A stretch of 64,000 nucleotides of DNA from Takakia lepidozioides (Eukaryota > Plantae > Bryophyta). Of this stretch, positions 13,418-26,300 are shown in pieces. The notes under the pieces were generated by a model. It searched no databases and had not been told where the DNA came from. It saw only the letters and a program-made list of their open reading frames with translations. The stretch covers positions 85,064,001-85,128,000 of the forward strand of contig CM060731.1 of the NCBI GenBank assembly GCA_030704615.1, read 5' to 3'. The translations under genes and the position numbers were made by a program. Every line of letters starts with the position of its first letter. Within the stretch, counting starts at the first letter, position 1.

Positions 13418-14099
13418 GGATTTCAAACCTGAAGATTGCAAAAATTGTGTCGCTAGGAAGCTCCTAGGATTACCGATGCTTGATCTAGATCTCCAGCTCG
13501 ATTTCCACTATGAGAGAGGTCAGGGCAAAGCAGATTCAAAGAGAAGAGCTAGTTCAGTGAAGTCACTTGTCAGGCGGTTGTGCACAGTAACTACCACTTG
13601 GGTCGAGTATGATAAAAAAGGAAACACTTAACAAAGTGCTAAAAACTGTCGAACCTCAACCCATGTAATTGACTATCATTTTACTATTTTGTTGGCAAAT
13701 GTATTAAGATTTGGAGTGAAGACTTCTTTATATGTATCCACATTATAAATCCCATAGTACTTTGGTGCCTAAAAACTCTATTTGTTTGGGGTTCTGAACC
13801 CACATTCTAGCGACGACCCAAGGTCGGAAGCTAGTTTAGCGTAGAGCAGGAATAGGGTGCCTTAGTGCCACGTTTTCGTCGCCACGTTTCGTACACACGT
13901 CATCGTAGCTATGTCATCATCGTCGTCAAAAAAATAATAATCTGCCCGGACTGCCCGCCCAAAAAACCCCGAAGCGCCAAGTTTTTTCGGAGCGTGCCCG
14001 GACTGCCCGGTTCTTGAAGTTATTGAAGTTCTTGAACTGCACGAGCTCTGCGTTTTCCGCCATCGTTCACCTGCAAGCTGCAAGCTCTCAACAGTCTCG

Positions 14100-14280
14100 T
14101 TGCTCAATGCAAACCGTGGCTTTTCCCTCAACGATCTTTGATCACGTGGAATTGGCAAGATTTACCGAGCATGGGATGCTTTGGAGACCTATGAGCAAAT
14201 GATGAGCGAAGGGGTGAAGCCCAACAGCATCACGTTTGTTTTTGTTTGCGTGTGGGAGCCTTGGAAAAGGGGAAAGAGGT
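14100..14280 (+). pseudogene. Short degenerate PPR motif fragment
   Basis: ...GAGACCTATGAGCAAATGATGAGCGAAGGGGTGAAGCCCAACAGCATCACGTTTG is similar to 17197-17250 and 20825-20910. Confidence 0.75.
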
Positions 14281-15729
14281 CAGATTTTCGAGCACAAACG
14301 TCTACCTTGGAGCACGGAGTGATTTTTTAAAACATCCTTCACGATGGTGGGACAACCACAATCGCAAGGTGTGACTTTTTCTTAATGTACCATGTGAAGA
14401 AGTTTTTCCATCGTGCAGATGTGGGCTCTTGGCTCTTCCTGTTAGTACCATGATTTTGTATAATTCCTAATGTTTACAAAGTTCTTGGGAGAGTCAGCTT
14501 GGTCTTAGCAGGCCGTGTTTCAATCTATGCCTGCTCAGCTGCACCGTGGTGGTTCTCACAGACCAATCCGACATTACCTGACTACAGACACAAGCAGCAC
14601 ACACAAGAGGTCCTTTTGGGTTGATGGTCGGTCAAATCCTCCATGGATCATGACACAAGGTCAAGGACAATGTGGTGAGGGCACCTTCTTCTTCGACCTA
14701 TTTCGGCTTGTTCCATTCAGATCCAGGGTGCACTCCAGATTCACTGCGCACAGCTGCATTGGGGAATGCCCTATCAGGTATCCGTCAACTTACTCCAGGG
14801 GTTCGAATGTGGGAACTGGTGAAAATGATCTAACATTTGTGCCATGAATCTCACCCACATCCACTGGGCTGATTGTTGTGAAAGTCCATGCGTAGACTAG
14901 AATCAACATGTTCAATGTTGAGATGCCCCCGAGTTTCCTGTCACCAACTAGCATACCTGGCAATCTGAGTGGCCTGTAATGACCAATAGAATCCATTGTT
15001 CAGCATTTGAAAGGAGAGGCATCCATCTCTGTGGCCCACAATTCCACTAGAAAATGCTCTACTACTTTCAACAATTCACTGAGCTTCCAGCCAATCATGA
15101 TAGGAGGGATACAAATTGCTCACATATACAGGGGCTCAGATGGTCCAGGGCTGGCTTCATATGCGCTGAACTCTAAGCCAAATTACTTGGGGTAAAATTC
15201 TTATATATAGAGGTCACATTGGAGGGTTGCAGATGGTCCAGGGCTGGCTACTCCACCCGCAGTCTCTACAATTGCCCACTTCGTCATCTCACTTCCACCT
15301 CTGTCTCTGTCATTCTTAACTCCCTCCTGACCCTCACAGCTACCTGAAGACAATATTCAAGTTTTGACTCACTGTCCTGGGTACTCTGACCAGACACCCT
15401 CTTCAAATCCATTCAAGGATAAACTTGTGCATGTACCTTTGTTTACCAACTTTGAATATCTCGAGGCTGAGCCAAAGCTCAGCCCCCTTCACACTCCAGT
15501 AGTGGGACTTACTTTGATAGAGCAATTCGTTTAGGCCTTCCAGATTTCCTCTAGAAAGCCCTTCTTACAAGCATGAATCTGCAGTGTAAGAGCTGCCCAA
15601 CAATTAGAACCCTGACATGGCTGCCAGAGCTTGTGGGTTAGACTCCAGACTTGCATCCTTTATGCTCCCACATTTTGCATGTGTCCCCAAGGGTATTTTC
15701 TAAATTAATATATGGAGCAATCCCAACTC

Positions 15730-16666
15730 TTATATTGTCCGCATGGACCTGCTTGCCTCTTTCCAGGGCTTGTACACACTGGCACATGCATTGAGAGCAC
15801 AAATGAATGTGACCCTGTCCGGGGTCACCCATTCCCATTGCATTTGCTCATAGATTTTTAAGGCCTCATTGGGATGCCCATGTTTCACACATCCTGCCAT
15901 CAGCATTGTCCAAGTGACTGTATCTCGGTCAGGCATCTCCTCAAACATTTGTTGGGCATCCACCATGCTCCGACACTTGGCATACATGTTGACAAGGGTG
16001 TTGCCGACAAAGGTGTTTGGCTTGAATCCACTTTGGATAATGTGGGCATGCACCTACTTTCCCTCTGCCAGGGTTTTCATGTTGATGCATCTTTGTAAGA
16101 GACAGATATATATATTGTAGTCTGCCCGGATGCCTCCTTGGTCTAGAATGTGCAACACCTCTTTCATTTTTCCCTGCTTACACAGTGCCGACACAATCTC
16201 ATGCCTGCCAGACAAATTGTTGACTTCCTGTCTTGGCCCTTTATTGTAGAAGTGGTTATAGTGGATTTGCCACACCAGCTGCCTATTTGATGTCCAACAA
16301 ACAGTTGTATCCAATGCAAACCTGGCACCCTGCATGACTAAACTTCCAGTTGAAAGCATTGTGTTCAAAATATCTACAAACTTCAAAATATTTCAAAAGG
16401 ATAGGCCTTTCAAATTTTCTAACAGGGTACATACTTCCTGGATTGATTATCTGCAATTGACTCTTTAACATATTTGTCTTGCTCATTTTAACTTGAGGAT
16501 GGTGCTCATTCTGCATCTTGCTTTCCCTTTTGGTGAGTTCCTGAGAAGTTCTGAGCTTCACACTGTCCTGGTAATCCAGGCCCATTTGGCCCTGCATGAC
16601 AGATGGGACCACAACGGAAGAGGGCAACTCCTTAGTTTCTTGCGAGAGTGGCAGCAATATTCCCAC
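15730..16666 (-). pseudogene. PLS-class PPR protein N-terminal part, disrupted
   Basis: Reads LCKQGKMKEVL...YICLLQRC...EGK*VHAHIIQSGFKPNTFVGNTLVNMYAKC...DTVTWT. There is a TAG at 16054-16056 plus frameshifts and truncation. Confidence 0.85.
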
Positions 16667-17027
16667 TGCCAGTTCTGTTCTGTTCTGTTGTGGTCTTCGT
16701 CATAGCATCTCTCCGTTTTGGTTTTACATTATAGTCTTATGCCCATGTAGCTCTCCTAGTAAGCTAATAAGCTTAACCTACTTACGAAGGGCATAGCTCT
16801 ATTCCAGAGTTTGTTGAGCCTATCACAGGCTGTCATTGTCAGCTGCTAGCAGCAAGGCAAGGATGTATGCATGATTTGTGCAGAGGCATGGATAGCTGAA
16901 GGAGTAGGGATAGAGTGTGGGTCCAGATTCATCCAAGGGGACCGGACTTGAAGCTCCAGATTACCTATGATTCCCTGTGGATCAATAGCTACAAGGAACC
17001 TACATGGGTAGATGGTCAACTAAAAGC

Positions 17028-18687
17028 ACATTTGTTTGCATTTGCAGTGTGTGTGCAAGCCTGGCAGCCCTGGAAAAGTGGAAAGAGGTCCATGGTGACA
17101 TCGTCAAATCTGGAATTGTACCAGATGTCATTCTGAACACTGCCCAACGCGATGCTTGCAGGGGATACACAGCAGGGGCGCGGGATGGAGGTTTTGGAGA
17201 CCTATGAGCAAATGATGTGCGAAGGGGTGAAGCCCGACCACATCACGTTTGTGTGTGTTTGCAGTGCGTGTGCAAGCCTGGCTATCTGGAAAATGGCAAA
17301 GAGGTCCACGGTTGCATCGTCAAAGCTGGAATTGTACCAGATGTCATCCTGAACACTACCCTGGTGGACATGTATGCCAAATGTGGGAGCATTGAGGATG
17401 TGGAGGGAGTTTTCCACACTATGGATGAACGAGATTTTGTGTCGTGGAATGCCATGCTTGCAGGGTATGCACAGCAGGGGCGTGTGATGGAGGCCTTGGA
17501 GACCTATGAGCAAATGATGTGCGAAGGGGTAAAACCCGACCACATCACGTTTGTGTGCGTTTGCAATGCGTGTGCAAGCCTGGCAGCCCTGGCAAAGGGC
17601 AAAGAGGTGCATGGTTGCATCGCCAAAGCTGGAATTGTACCAGATGTGATTCTGAACAATACCCTCGTAGACATGTATGCCAAATGTGGGAGCATTGAGG
17701 ATGTGGAGGGAGTGTTCAACAGTATGGTTGAACGAGATTTGGAACGCCATGCTTGTAGGATATGCACAGCAAGGGCACGGGATGGAGGCCTGGGGGAAGG
17801 GGTGAAGCCCGACCACATCACGTTTGTGTGCGTTTGCAATGTGTGTGCAAGCCTGGCAGCCCTAGAAAGGGCAAAGAGGTGCATGGTGACATCACCAAAG
17901 CTGGAATTCTACCAAATGTCATTCTGGACGCTGCCCTGGTGGACATGTATGCAAAATGTGGGTGCGATGAGGATGCAAAGGGAGTATTTGACAATATGGC
18001 TGAATGAAATGTGGTGTCCTGGAATGCGATGATCGCAGGATATGCCCAGCATGGTTGTCATAGGGAGGTCCTGCAACTATTTGGAGGAATGCAAAAGAAA
18101 GGCTTGAAGCCGGACAATATCACCTTTATATGTGTTCTCGCTGCATGCAGCCACACGGGCCTACTGAATGAAGGAAGACGCTACTTCGATTCCCTGAGTC
18201 AAGATCATGGTGTCACTCCGACATGATACTGCAATGGTGAGAAGAATGATCAAGGTCAGAGGGGTTAGAAAGGAGCCACGATCCAGGTCGCTGCTGCATT
18301 GAGGTTGGCAACAGGGTGCACACCTTCGTTGTAGATGTCAAGTTGCATCCCAGAATTAAGGAAATCCATGCTGAGCTGAGAAGATTGTCTGGGCAGATGA
18401 AGGAGGCGGGGTATGTGCTTGACATGCACTTTGTATTGCGTGATGTAGGGGAGGAGAAAAAGGAATTTTCTCTTTGCCACCACAGTGAGAAGCTGGCCAT
18501 TGGTTTTGGGCTGATTAGCACGACCCCTAGGACACCTCTCCGTCTCATCAAGAATCTTTGAGTGTGTGATGACTGCCACACCTCCACCAAATACATCTCA
18601 AAGATTGTTGGCAAGCAATTGTTGTACGGACGCTAACCACTTCACCACTTTGAAGATGGGATTTGTTCTTGTGGTGATTACTGGTGA
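17028..18687 (+). pseudogene. PLS-class PPR-DYW RNA-editing factor pseudogene
   Basis: Repeated LVDMYAKCGS/VSWNAM/PDHITF motifs, a PG-box remnant (~18270-18330), HSEKLA, KNL*VCDDCH and terminal CSCGDYW* (18664-18687). It has several frameshifts, internal deletions and TGA stops. Confidence 0.92.
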
Positions 18688-19674
18688 AAGGATGTTTTCT
18701 TCGAAAGATGCAAGTGTCTTGCTTCATTCATTGACCTGTGTAGCTACTCAGACCATCCACCATTTCCTGATAATATTGACCATCATGTACTGTTCAGTGC
18801 ATTTCCTGTGGCATATCTACAGGAAATGATGATGGGGTCTACCCGGCATAGGTGGGAAGTCAGCCCATAAATGCACTTGACTGAAGGGGTGATTTTTGAG
18901 TGATTCTGGTGACAGGGGATGGAAATCAAGAGTGTTGTCCTAATTTTGGGTTTGGGTGGTGGAGCTTCTCCAAGGCTTGAAGATGGAAGTGAATACAAAT
19001 TTTAATGAGCTTGATGAGAGGCGCTGCCCTGTGCACAAGTTTGTTCAGCATCTTAAATTTGGACATGTTTGTTTGTTTCTCGTGATGTGTCTTTGGATGG
19101 AGCCCTTGTCGAACTTGCATGAATATTGTCAAAAGCTAGCCTTAACCCACCAAGATCCAATCCCATGGTGGCTGCTTGAAAGTTCATATAGTGATTTAAG
19201 GGTATTTGGGTATGTTGTTAATGATTGATGCGGCTTGACTCCCTCACACTATAAGATCGGTTTGTGCAGTGAGGTCTTTTTCTCTTGCCTCCAGTAACCG
19301 CCCAACATCCCAAAAACGAAGCTTTTGGTCCGTCATGTTGGTTCATTTAATATCAATGAGATTATACCCAACTAAGGGATAACTAATGTGAATAATGAGA
19401 GGAAGATATACTTACTGCTCCTCTTTGTGGATCTACTGGTTTTTCTCTTTATCTCTCTCCCTCGTCCAACTTGTGACTTCAGTTTTTGTTCCTACAGGTG
19501 CTGCAGCATTTGTTGATGCATAGTCCTCCAGAACAAGCTCTGATTTTGATTCCGAAAAACAATGAAATATGGGATGTATGTAACACCATGGGGATGACCC
19601 ACCCCTTTTTGTGAAAAATTAAACGCAGTTCTCAGAATTCGTCGCTAGTAGTGCGGAGCAACGCGAAGCCCTAG

Positions 19675-20910
19675 TTCTAGCGACGACCGAAGGTCGGAAG
19701 CTAGTTTAGCGTAGAGCAAATATAGGGTACCATAGTGCCTCATCATCGTCGCCACGTCATCGTCACCACGTTTCGTCGTCTTCAATTTTCGTCAGACCTG
19801 CCCGTATTGTCCAAAAATGTCTTTGCAAAAGGATGACGATACCCGGCATCCTTGAGCACGGAGGGGTTTCACGCAATGTGGTGAGGGCACCTTCTTCTTT
19901 GACCTATTTCAGCCTGTTTTGCCTCTCATCAGGCTCGGCCCTGAGATGCATGTTATCAGAGTCGTCCCTAAATTATGCTGAATTCTGCAAGTTAGCTCGT
20001 TGGTGGATCTATGGTGGTTGTGGAGTGATTTTGACATGTTACTGCCAATGTGACAACAGGAAAGTATCGAAAAAACAGATAACAGAGACGAGGAGTATCC
20101 AAATTCAACATGAAAGTATCCAGAAACAGGTCCAGATTCATCCAAGAGGGCCGGATTTCAAGCTCTAGATTACCTGTGATTCCCTGTGGAAGGATGGCTA
20201 CAAGAAACCTACATGGGTAGATGGTCAACTGGAAGCCGAAGCAGCAGCGGCACAATTAATAAAATCAGGCACTGCTAGTCAAGGCATTCTTCAACACATT
20301 TCACCCTGTTTTTCCCTCTTATCAGAGTAGCAGAGGCAATTGAGCATAGGAACTAGTGTGATAAGTTGAGTTGGGTGTTTCATGGTCGGTCAAATCCTCC
20401 ATGGGTCATGACATAAGGTCAAGGACAGGGCACCTTCTTCTTCGACCTATTTCAGCCTGTTTTGCCCTCTCATCAGGCACCTCAACCATGACCACAGCCT
20501 CTGGAAGAGGATCAAGAGAGGGAGTTCATAATGCCTCTTCTGGCACTTCTGGGCATGTGAAGATGCTCTGTGAGGCAGGCAGACTGAAAGAGGCTCTACA
20601 GACTTTAAACCAAGGAGGCATTTCAGCAGATTCAGATACGTATGTCTGTCTCTTGCATAAGTGCATCAAGATGAAAGGCCTTGAAGCTGGAAAGCAGGTG
20701 CACGTCCACATTATCCAAAGTGGATTTAGCCAAAAGTTTTTCTACTCAACACCCTTGTCAACATGTATGTTAAGCGCGGGAGCATCATGGATGCTTACCA
20801 AGTGTTCAAGAGAATGCCTCAACCATCTTTGATCACGTGGAATATAATGTTGGCAGGATTTACCAAGCATGGGTGTGGTACGAATGCTTTGGAGACCTAT
20901 GAGCAAATGA
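19675..20910 (+). mobile_element. Second, head-to-tail Helentron-like copy (3' end not located)
   Basis: TTCTAGCGACGACCGAAGGTCGGAAGCTAGTTTAGCGTAGAGCA is almost identical to 13805-13848. Internal blocks match 14607-14710 and 16919-17021. Confidence 0.55.
20371..20910 (+). pseudogene. Truncated PPR N-terminal fragment
   Basis: Reads LCEAGRLKEALQTL...TYVCLLHKC...AGKQVHVHIIQSGF, then a frameshift. It ends after about one PLS triplet. Confidence 0.85.
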
Positions 20911-22204
20911 GGTAGCCTATACTATATGTGCACACAAATGCATACATATGTAGGAATATATGCGTGCATACAAATTTTAGATATGCATAGGATCAATTTT
21001 ATATGCACAACACTTAAATAAGGGTACCCAAAAAACAAAAAACAAAATGTGATTCATCTAATCTTAGGGTCCATAGTCAAAATATCAACAGGATGGAATA
21101 AGAATATTCTATATAGAATATTCCATATTCATTGTGTTATTATTCCACATGGGTGAGTGTAGGAATGGGAGAGGAAGATGTTGCTTTTGTGGCTTTCCAA
21201 CATGAGAAAAAAGGTCAAAAAATTAAAAAGTGACGAGGCGCGGCTCCTTGTTAGATACAAATGGTGAAGGTACGGGCTCTTCCAATGGTGGGAGTCTAGT
21301 TTGAAGTTCAGAATGGAGCAATGCTCAAGGAATGCTAGGGAGCTTGACAATGTAATGGAGATGGTCCGCTTGCGCATTTGGGTAGTATATGGCGATGGCC
21401 TGCAAGGGAATTCAATTTTACAAAAAAGACTATTGATTGGTAATCGAACCCGCAATCTCATAACTTAAAAAACACAATCCTTACCAAACCACCACCCATT
21501 TAATCTTGTTACATAGGTTTTGGAGTATCTATATATCTATCTTCTGAAACATTTTTATTTTACAGAAACATAATGTCCACCAGAGATGGAACCCACAACC
21601 TATCGGGTATCAAGCATAGTTCATACCACTATACTACCCATTCAGACTTGAAACACTAATGAAATGAAACACTAATGAGATAAAGATAGTCACCTTGTGT
21701 GTACATAACATACCATAATACTCATAAGGGTTGATCTTACTAATATGATGAAATTTGATAGCGCTGAAGTGCATGTCGGACTCGCATTCTGGTAAAGGGA
21801 TCTATGTACAAACTATTACATAGATAAATCAAATGAGAGGAAGATAACATGAAATCTGATTTCAACACCATGTCATTTGCCCCATTTGTTTTACCTTACA
21901 CTAGAGAGAAAGACATGTATCATAAAAAATAACCAAATGCAGTTTAAGTTCTTGGAGAAACCCCTCTCCAAGGGTTGGATCAGCAATAGGAAGCAACTTC
22001 ACAAGCTGACTCTTGTGTTGCTCCCTTTCTTTCAATCCAGCCTGTCTCATTGTATCTTCAAGGCCCTCCTGACTCTTTGGCCCCTCAGCAAGTTTGTAAG
22101 CTTCCCCCGCCATGCGTTGGGCCTCAACAATATCATGCTGCCAAAAGAACCAAAACAGTTCATAACATGAACCAGAGGTGAATCTTGTCTATGGATGCAA
22201 AGAA

Positions 22205-22840
22205 TGAAACTTGGTTAAGACATGATGTTACCTTATACAAAATCTCTGTCATTGCATGGACTGTCAGGTTATACCAAGTCTTTCCTGCTTTCTTGATGCA
22301 TTTGTCGTATTGCTCTTTCCTCAATACATTCTTCCATTCAGAGACGGGTGTAAGGCCAATCATATTGACCTTGCAAACCAAGTGCACAAATTTGGATGTA
22401 ACATGTGCCCTCTCTGTTGCCCTGCACATACGAAATGTGATCATTAGAAAGAAGATGTGTATATGTACATCCATTGAGCAAGAAGATGACAACATTGAAC
22501 ATGAAAGTAAATGAAGAATAGAAAGGAAACTCACACATTCACTCCATCCATGATGGACCTAAGGGAACCACGATTTTCAATGTCCGCATTGAGCACCCAA
22601 CTTGTCACACAGACATGTCTTGACAAGTTGGCCCCATGAACTTCATTGATATAGGGATACCATGCCTGAAGCCTCTGATTCCCATCCCAGACATGAAACA
22701 TCTTCCCCCGAAGATGATGCAACTTTGGCTTGGACTCAAGATACTTCTCAAACTCATCATTGACTGTTTTCTAATGACTATCCCATGTAGAGATGATATC
22801 AGGACCCACATCTATAGTAGATCCATCAATCCCCATGGGG
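22205..22840 (-). pseudogene. Degenerate spliced gene with a ParB/Srx-like DGN(H/Q)R motif
   Basis: Reads ...WDSH*KTVNDEFEKYL...KMFHVWDGNQRLQAW...MDGVNV, then a GT-AG intron, then ATERAHVTSKFVH... Confidence 0.45.
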
Positions 22841-23170
22841 AAAGGGCCAAGGCAAGCTACGGATGTACTAGGGCCTATCTTGCTGGGCAAGTCAGAAGTG
22901 CAGTCAGAATTGCAAACGTGTAGCTGCAAAAACAGAAATTTTGAGGTGAGGCAGCCAATCTCCTTGTAGACCGAACACCGTAAAGTATGGAAAAGGACAT
23001 AGATGGACAGGATTGCTCAGTCGTTAGAATGGGAAATGTCATACTTGCAAGCCAGCTTCAGAGTAAACTCGAAGAAAATGAAGACCAGTACCCGCTGCAG
23101 CCCAACCATTGCCAATTGCCACTGCCTTGACGGGCCTCTTCAATAGGAAACCGCATCGACCGCTGCATGA

Positions 23171-23314
23171 GGGTCTTAGGGCCTGAGGTCATGTAGCCTA
23201 GGGTTTAGGGCCTAAGGTCATGTAGCCTAGGGTCTTAGGACCTGAGGTCATGTAGCCTAGGGTCTTAGGGCCTGAGGTCATGTGGCCTAAGGTTCTAGGG
23301 CCTTGGATCATGTG
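23171..23314 (+). repeat. ~30-bp minisatellite (GGGTCTTAGGGCCTGAGGTCATGTAGCCTA) x ~4.8, continuing degenerately after 27219
   Basis: Tandem units are directly visible. Confidence 0.9.
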
Positions 23315-26300
23315 TACGGAATACCAAAAAGGCCATGCTTTCCACTCACCCTATGCCCGTTGGCCAGATTCCAAAATTGCCTCTTTTATGCTTACGCTCC
23401 TGCGGTGGCTATGGCATCTTTATCCTACGCCAGTAATCTTCCTTGTGCAAGGAATCCAAAATCCCACGCAAGGAATCTTTCCTGCGCAAAGAATCTAAAA
23501 CCCCGAGCAAGGAATCTTGAACTCCGCGTTAGCAACCGTATATCCTGCACGTATAATCTTTTATCCATACATGCTCACATATACATACGTTGTGGCTTGG
23601 ATTTGGCTCGGTTAGCACATTAGGGTTGGCAGACAGGTTTGGGCGATCGTCTTGGGATGTATATTTGCATAACCAATCCGATGAGGGCCATGACATTCAT
23701 TCCAAGTATCCTTAATTCTAATCGATGGAATTAAATATATCTTGATCATTGTTTTCGAAGTAGACCATCTCGACACAAAAAAGAGGTTGTGCTTTCAGAT
23801 CTCTAGATAATCACATACTGCGAAGTGGGGCGCGTTGATTATGTATGATTTGAACTGTCTCGAGAGATGTAACACTGATCATGTTTTGAGATCTCTGAGA
23901 CACACAAGACAGGAAGATGGCACTATGCAAAACTGATTCTCTTTGGGAATCTTATGTTGATGTCCCCCTCACATATAACAGCATGACTTCCTCTGCAGTG
24001 GTGGGTGGCAGGATCAAGTCATATGGAGAGAAATAATTTACAAACAAAATAGGTTCGAATCAACCAACATCACTGAGCTGCAGTTCAAAGGGCCTCCAGC
24101 ACATTAGCACGTCTAATACAACCCTTTCTTCTTCCAAACTGTGACAAGAATCATATCTGATCAACTCCTTTACAGCTTAGCTCTTGATGGAACCATATTC
24201 ACACAATTTACACCACCTTTTGTACAAAAGAGGAACCATAGTCTCTGCCGCTGCTAACTACAAAAGTCAGTGACTATTTCTGGATCAACCAACTCTAAAA
24301 TGCACAGCACCGGTTATCACATCCGGTCCACCCAGCCACCACGCCGTGCCTAATTCCTGCATCCAGTTCTATCAAACCCTAGTGTCCTCCAGGCCATCAT
24401 CCCCAATCGTCTTCTCCCCTGTTCGTGCCTGCCGGAACCGTTTTTCTTCCTTCGTGTACAGGTGACCTTCCCCACCCGTTGACCTCCTTGACAGGTGATC
24501 AGTACTTAAAGCTGGCAGTTTCCTCTCCAAGCCTTCACGTGACACTGCTCCAGCTTTCCCCCACCTGTCATTCACCCCACCCCATGGTCTTTTCCACCCA
24601 GAAGCCATTCAGACTTGTTGCATAGAGTGCCATAATAACGTCAAACACTGTCATGAGGGGGAGAGAGAAAAGATCCACATAGTGACTGTGCAACTAATCA
24701 ATATTGTGGGCTTATCTACAAATTGTCTTCCATTTCCTCCCACATATGTGGATCGTCTTCCCAAGAGTAGATGGGAAGAGGATGTAATGCACCCTTTTGT
24801 GTGCAAACACAGCGTTTGATTATAAGAGTGCGGACTCCTCAACCTCATCGTCCTTCATGTATTTTTTTTTGCACTGTTGCGGACGTGCCAAACTGCATCA
24901 TCAAGGCAAACATGATAGAACACAAGGTCTTGCAAATGACATCTTTCTATACCTCCAAACTACATAATTTGGTATATGAGGGAATGAATACACAAAAGTT
25001 GCATCATAGCAGTCGACTGGTAAAATTGCATGTGCCCATACGGTGTCCACCAATGTTGGGCAGTTATTTAATCTTGTCTCTAATAACAGTTGGTTATCTA
25101 TCCGGTTATATATATATATATATAACCGCAAGAGATGAAAATTTGAAATAACCGGTCCCGTTAGGAACCGACAGAGTGTAGGCATACAAATAACCGGTCC
25201 CAATAGTAACCGGCGGAGGCCAAAATTTTAAAAATTGATGTAGACAACCGGTTGGGTATTTTTTAAGTGCACGGTTATGAAAAAAATAAAAAACAAAAAT
25301 GAGTGGTCTAATATATGAATATATATATTGGGTCTAATAACCTGAGGTTATGAGTGGTGGTTCTGAGGTGTGAGTCCTTGGCTAAATTTGTGAATGAGCT
25401 TGCCAGGCTTCATATTTTGAAGCACTTTGAAACATTATGATAGGACATTGTATTTTTTGAAATCCCCATTGATGAGCCCCATTCATTTAATAATTTTAGA
25501 TGCATGTGTATATCTAAAATATATCTATAGATCGGCTCTATTGTACTAATGCAGGCTTGAAAATATATTTATGATTGATACAGAATTATATTTATGATTT
25601 CAGCTATAATTCTATATTACTTTTTAAATAAATAAATAAATATACATAACCGGTTGTATAACCCTCAGTTATAGCGAAAATGATAACCGGATTTATGGAT
25701 ACCTGGCCAAAAAAACATGTCACTCTTAACCGCAACCGGCAGGTTATTAGAAAGTCAATAAATTGAAAGAACCGGCCTACTAGGTTATTTCAATATTGAG
25801 TTCCAATGTAACTGCAACCGCCTGTTAGCAAAAAATATAAATAACCGCCCAATACTGGTGTCCACGACCTAATCTTGGTACCGTGTTTGCATAAGGATTC
25901 GGGGCTGACATGTGGAACAGCCCAAATTCTTGGATATCTAAGGGCAGACTTCTCAAGGGCAGATAAAGTCCAAGCTCCATAAGCTACAGGCTTATGCTGC
26001 TCCAAAGCGAAGGAGCTGAAGCTGAGCCCAAATCTACTCTGCATTGTTCCACTCTTTTAGAAACAATTAGAGCTAATCATAGTAGGATTGGAGCTGGATC
26101 CCGGTTTCCCTTTACTACTTCTGAGAGTTTTGATTGTATATGAGTGGAGCATAAGACTTCCAGCACGTATTGTTGTCCTACAAATCCAGTAGAAAATATA
26201 GTAGCGTCGACAGGTCGCACCAATGTCAATAACCTGCTGAAGTTTGTGACTTGTAGGTTAAAGTTGTATGTAATTGAGATGAAGAGTCCTGTGAAGACTT

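Larger units (their letters stand above)
13805..19676 (+). mobile_element. Non-autonomous Helentron/Helitron2-like element carrying PPR/DYW fragments
   Basis: The 5' end TT-CTAGCGACGA...GGTCGGAAGCTAG forms a hairpin and is followed by CGTC-rich simple repeats. The 3' end has the complementary subterminal IR TCGTCGCTAG (19639-19648), then a short stem-loop and CTAGTT. A second copy starts immediately afterwards. Confidence 0.65.

Noticed and set aside
16054-18561. Stop codons in PPR genes repaired by U-to-C RNA editing
   Set aside because: These are nuclear sequences that also carry frameshifts and deletions. TEs show the same stops, so methyl-C deamination is sufficient.
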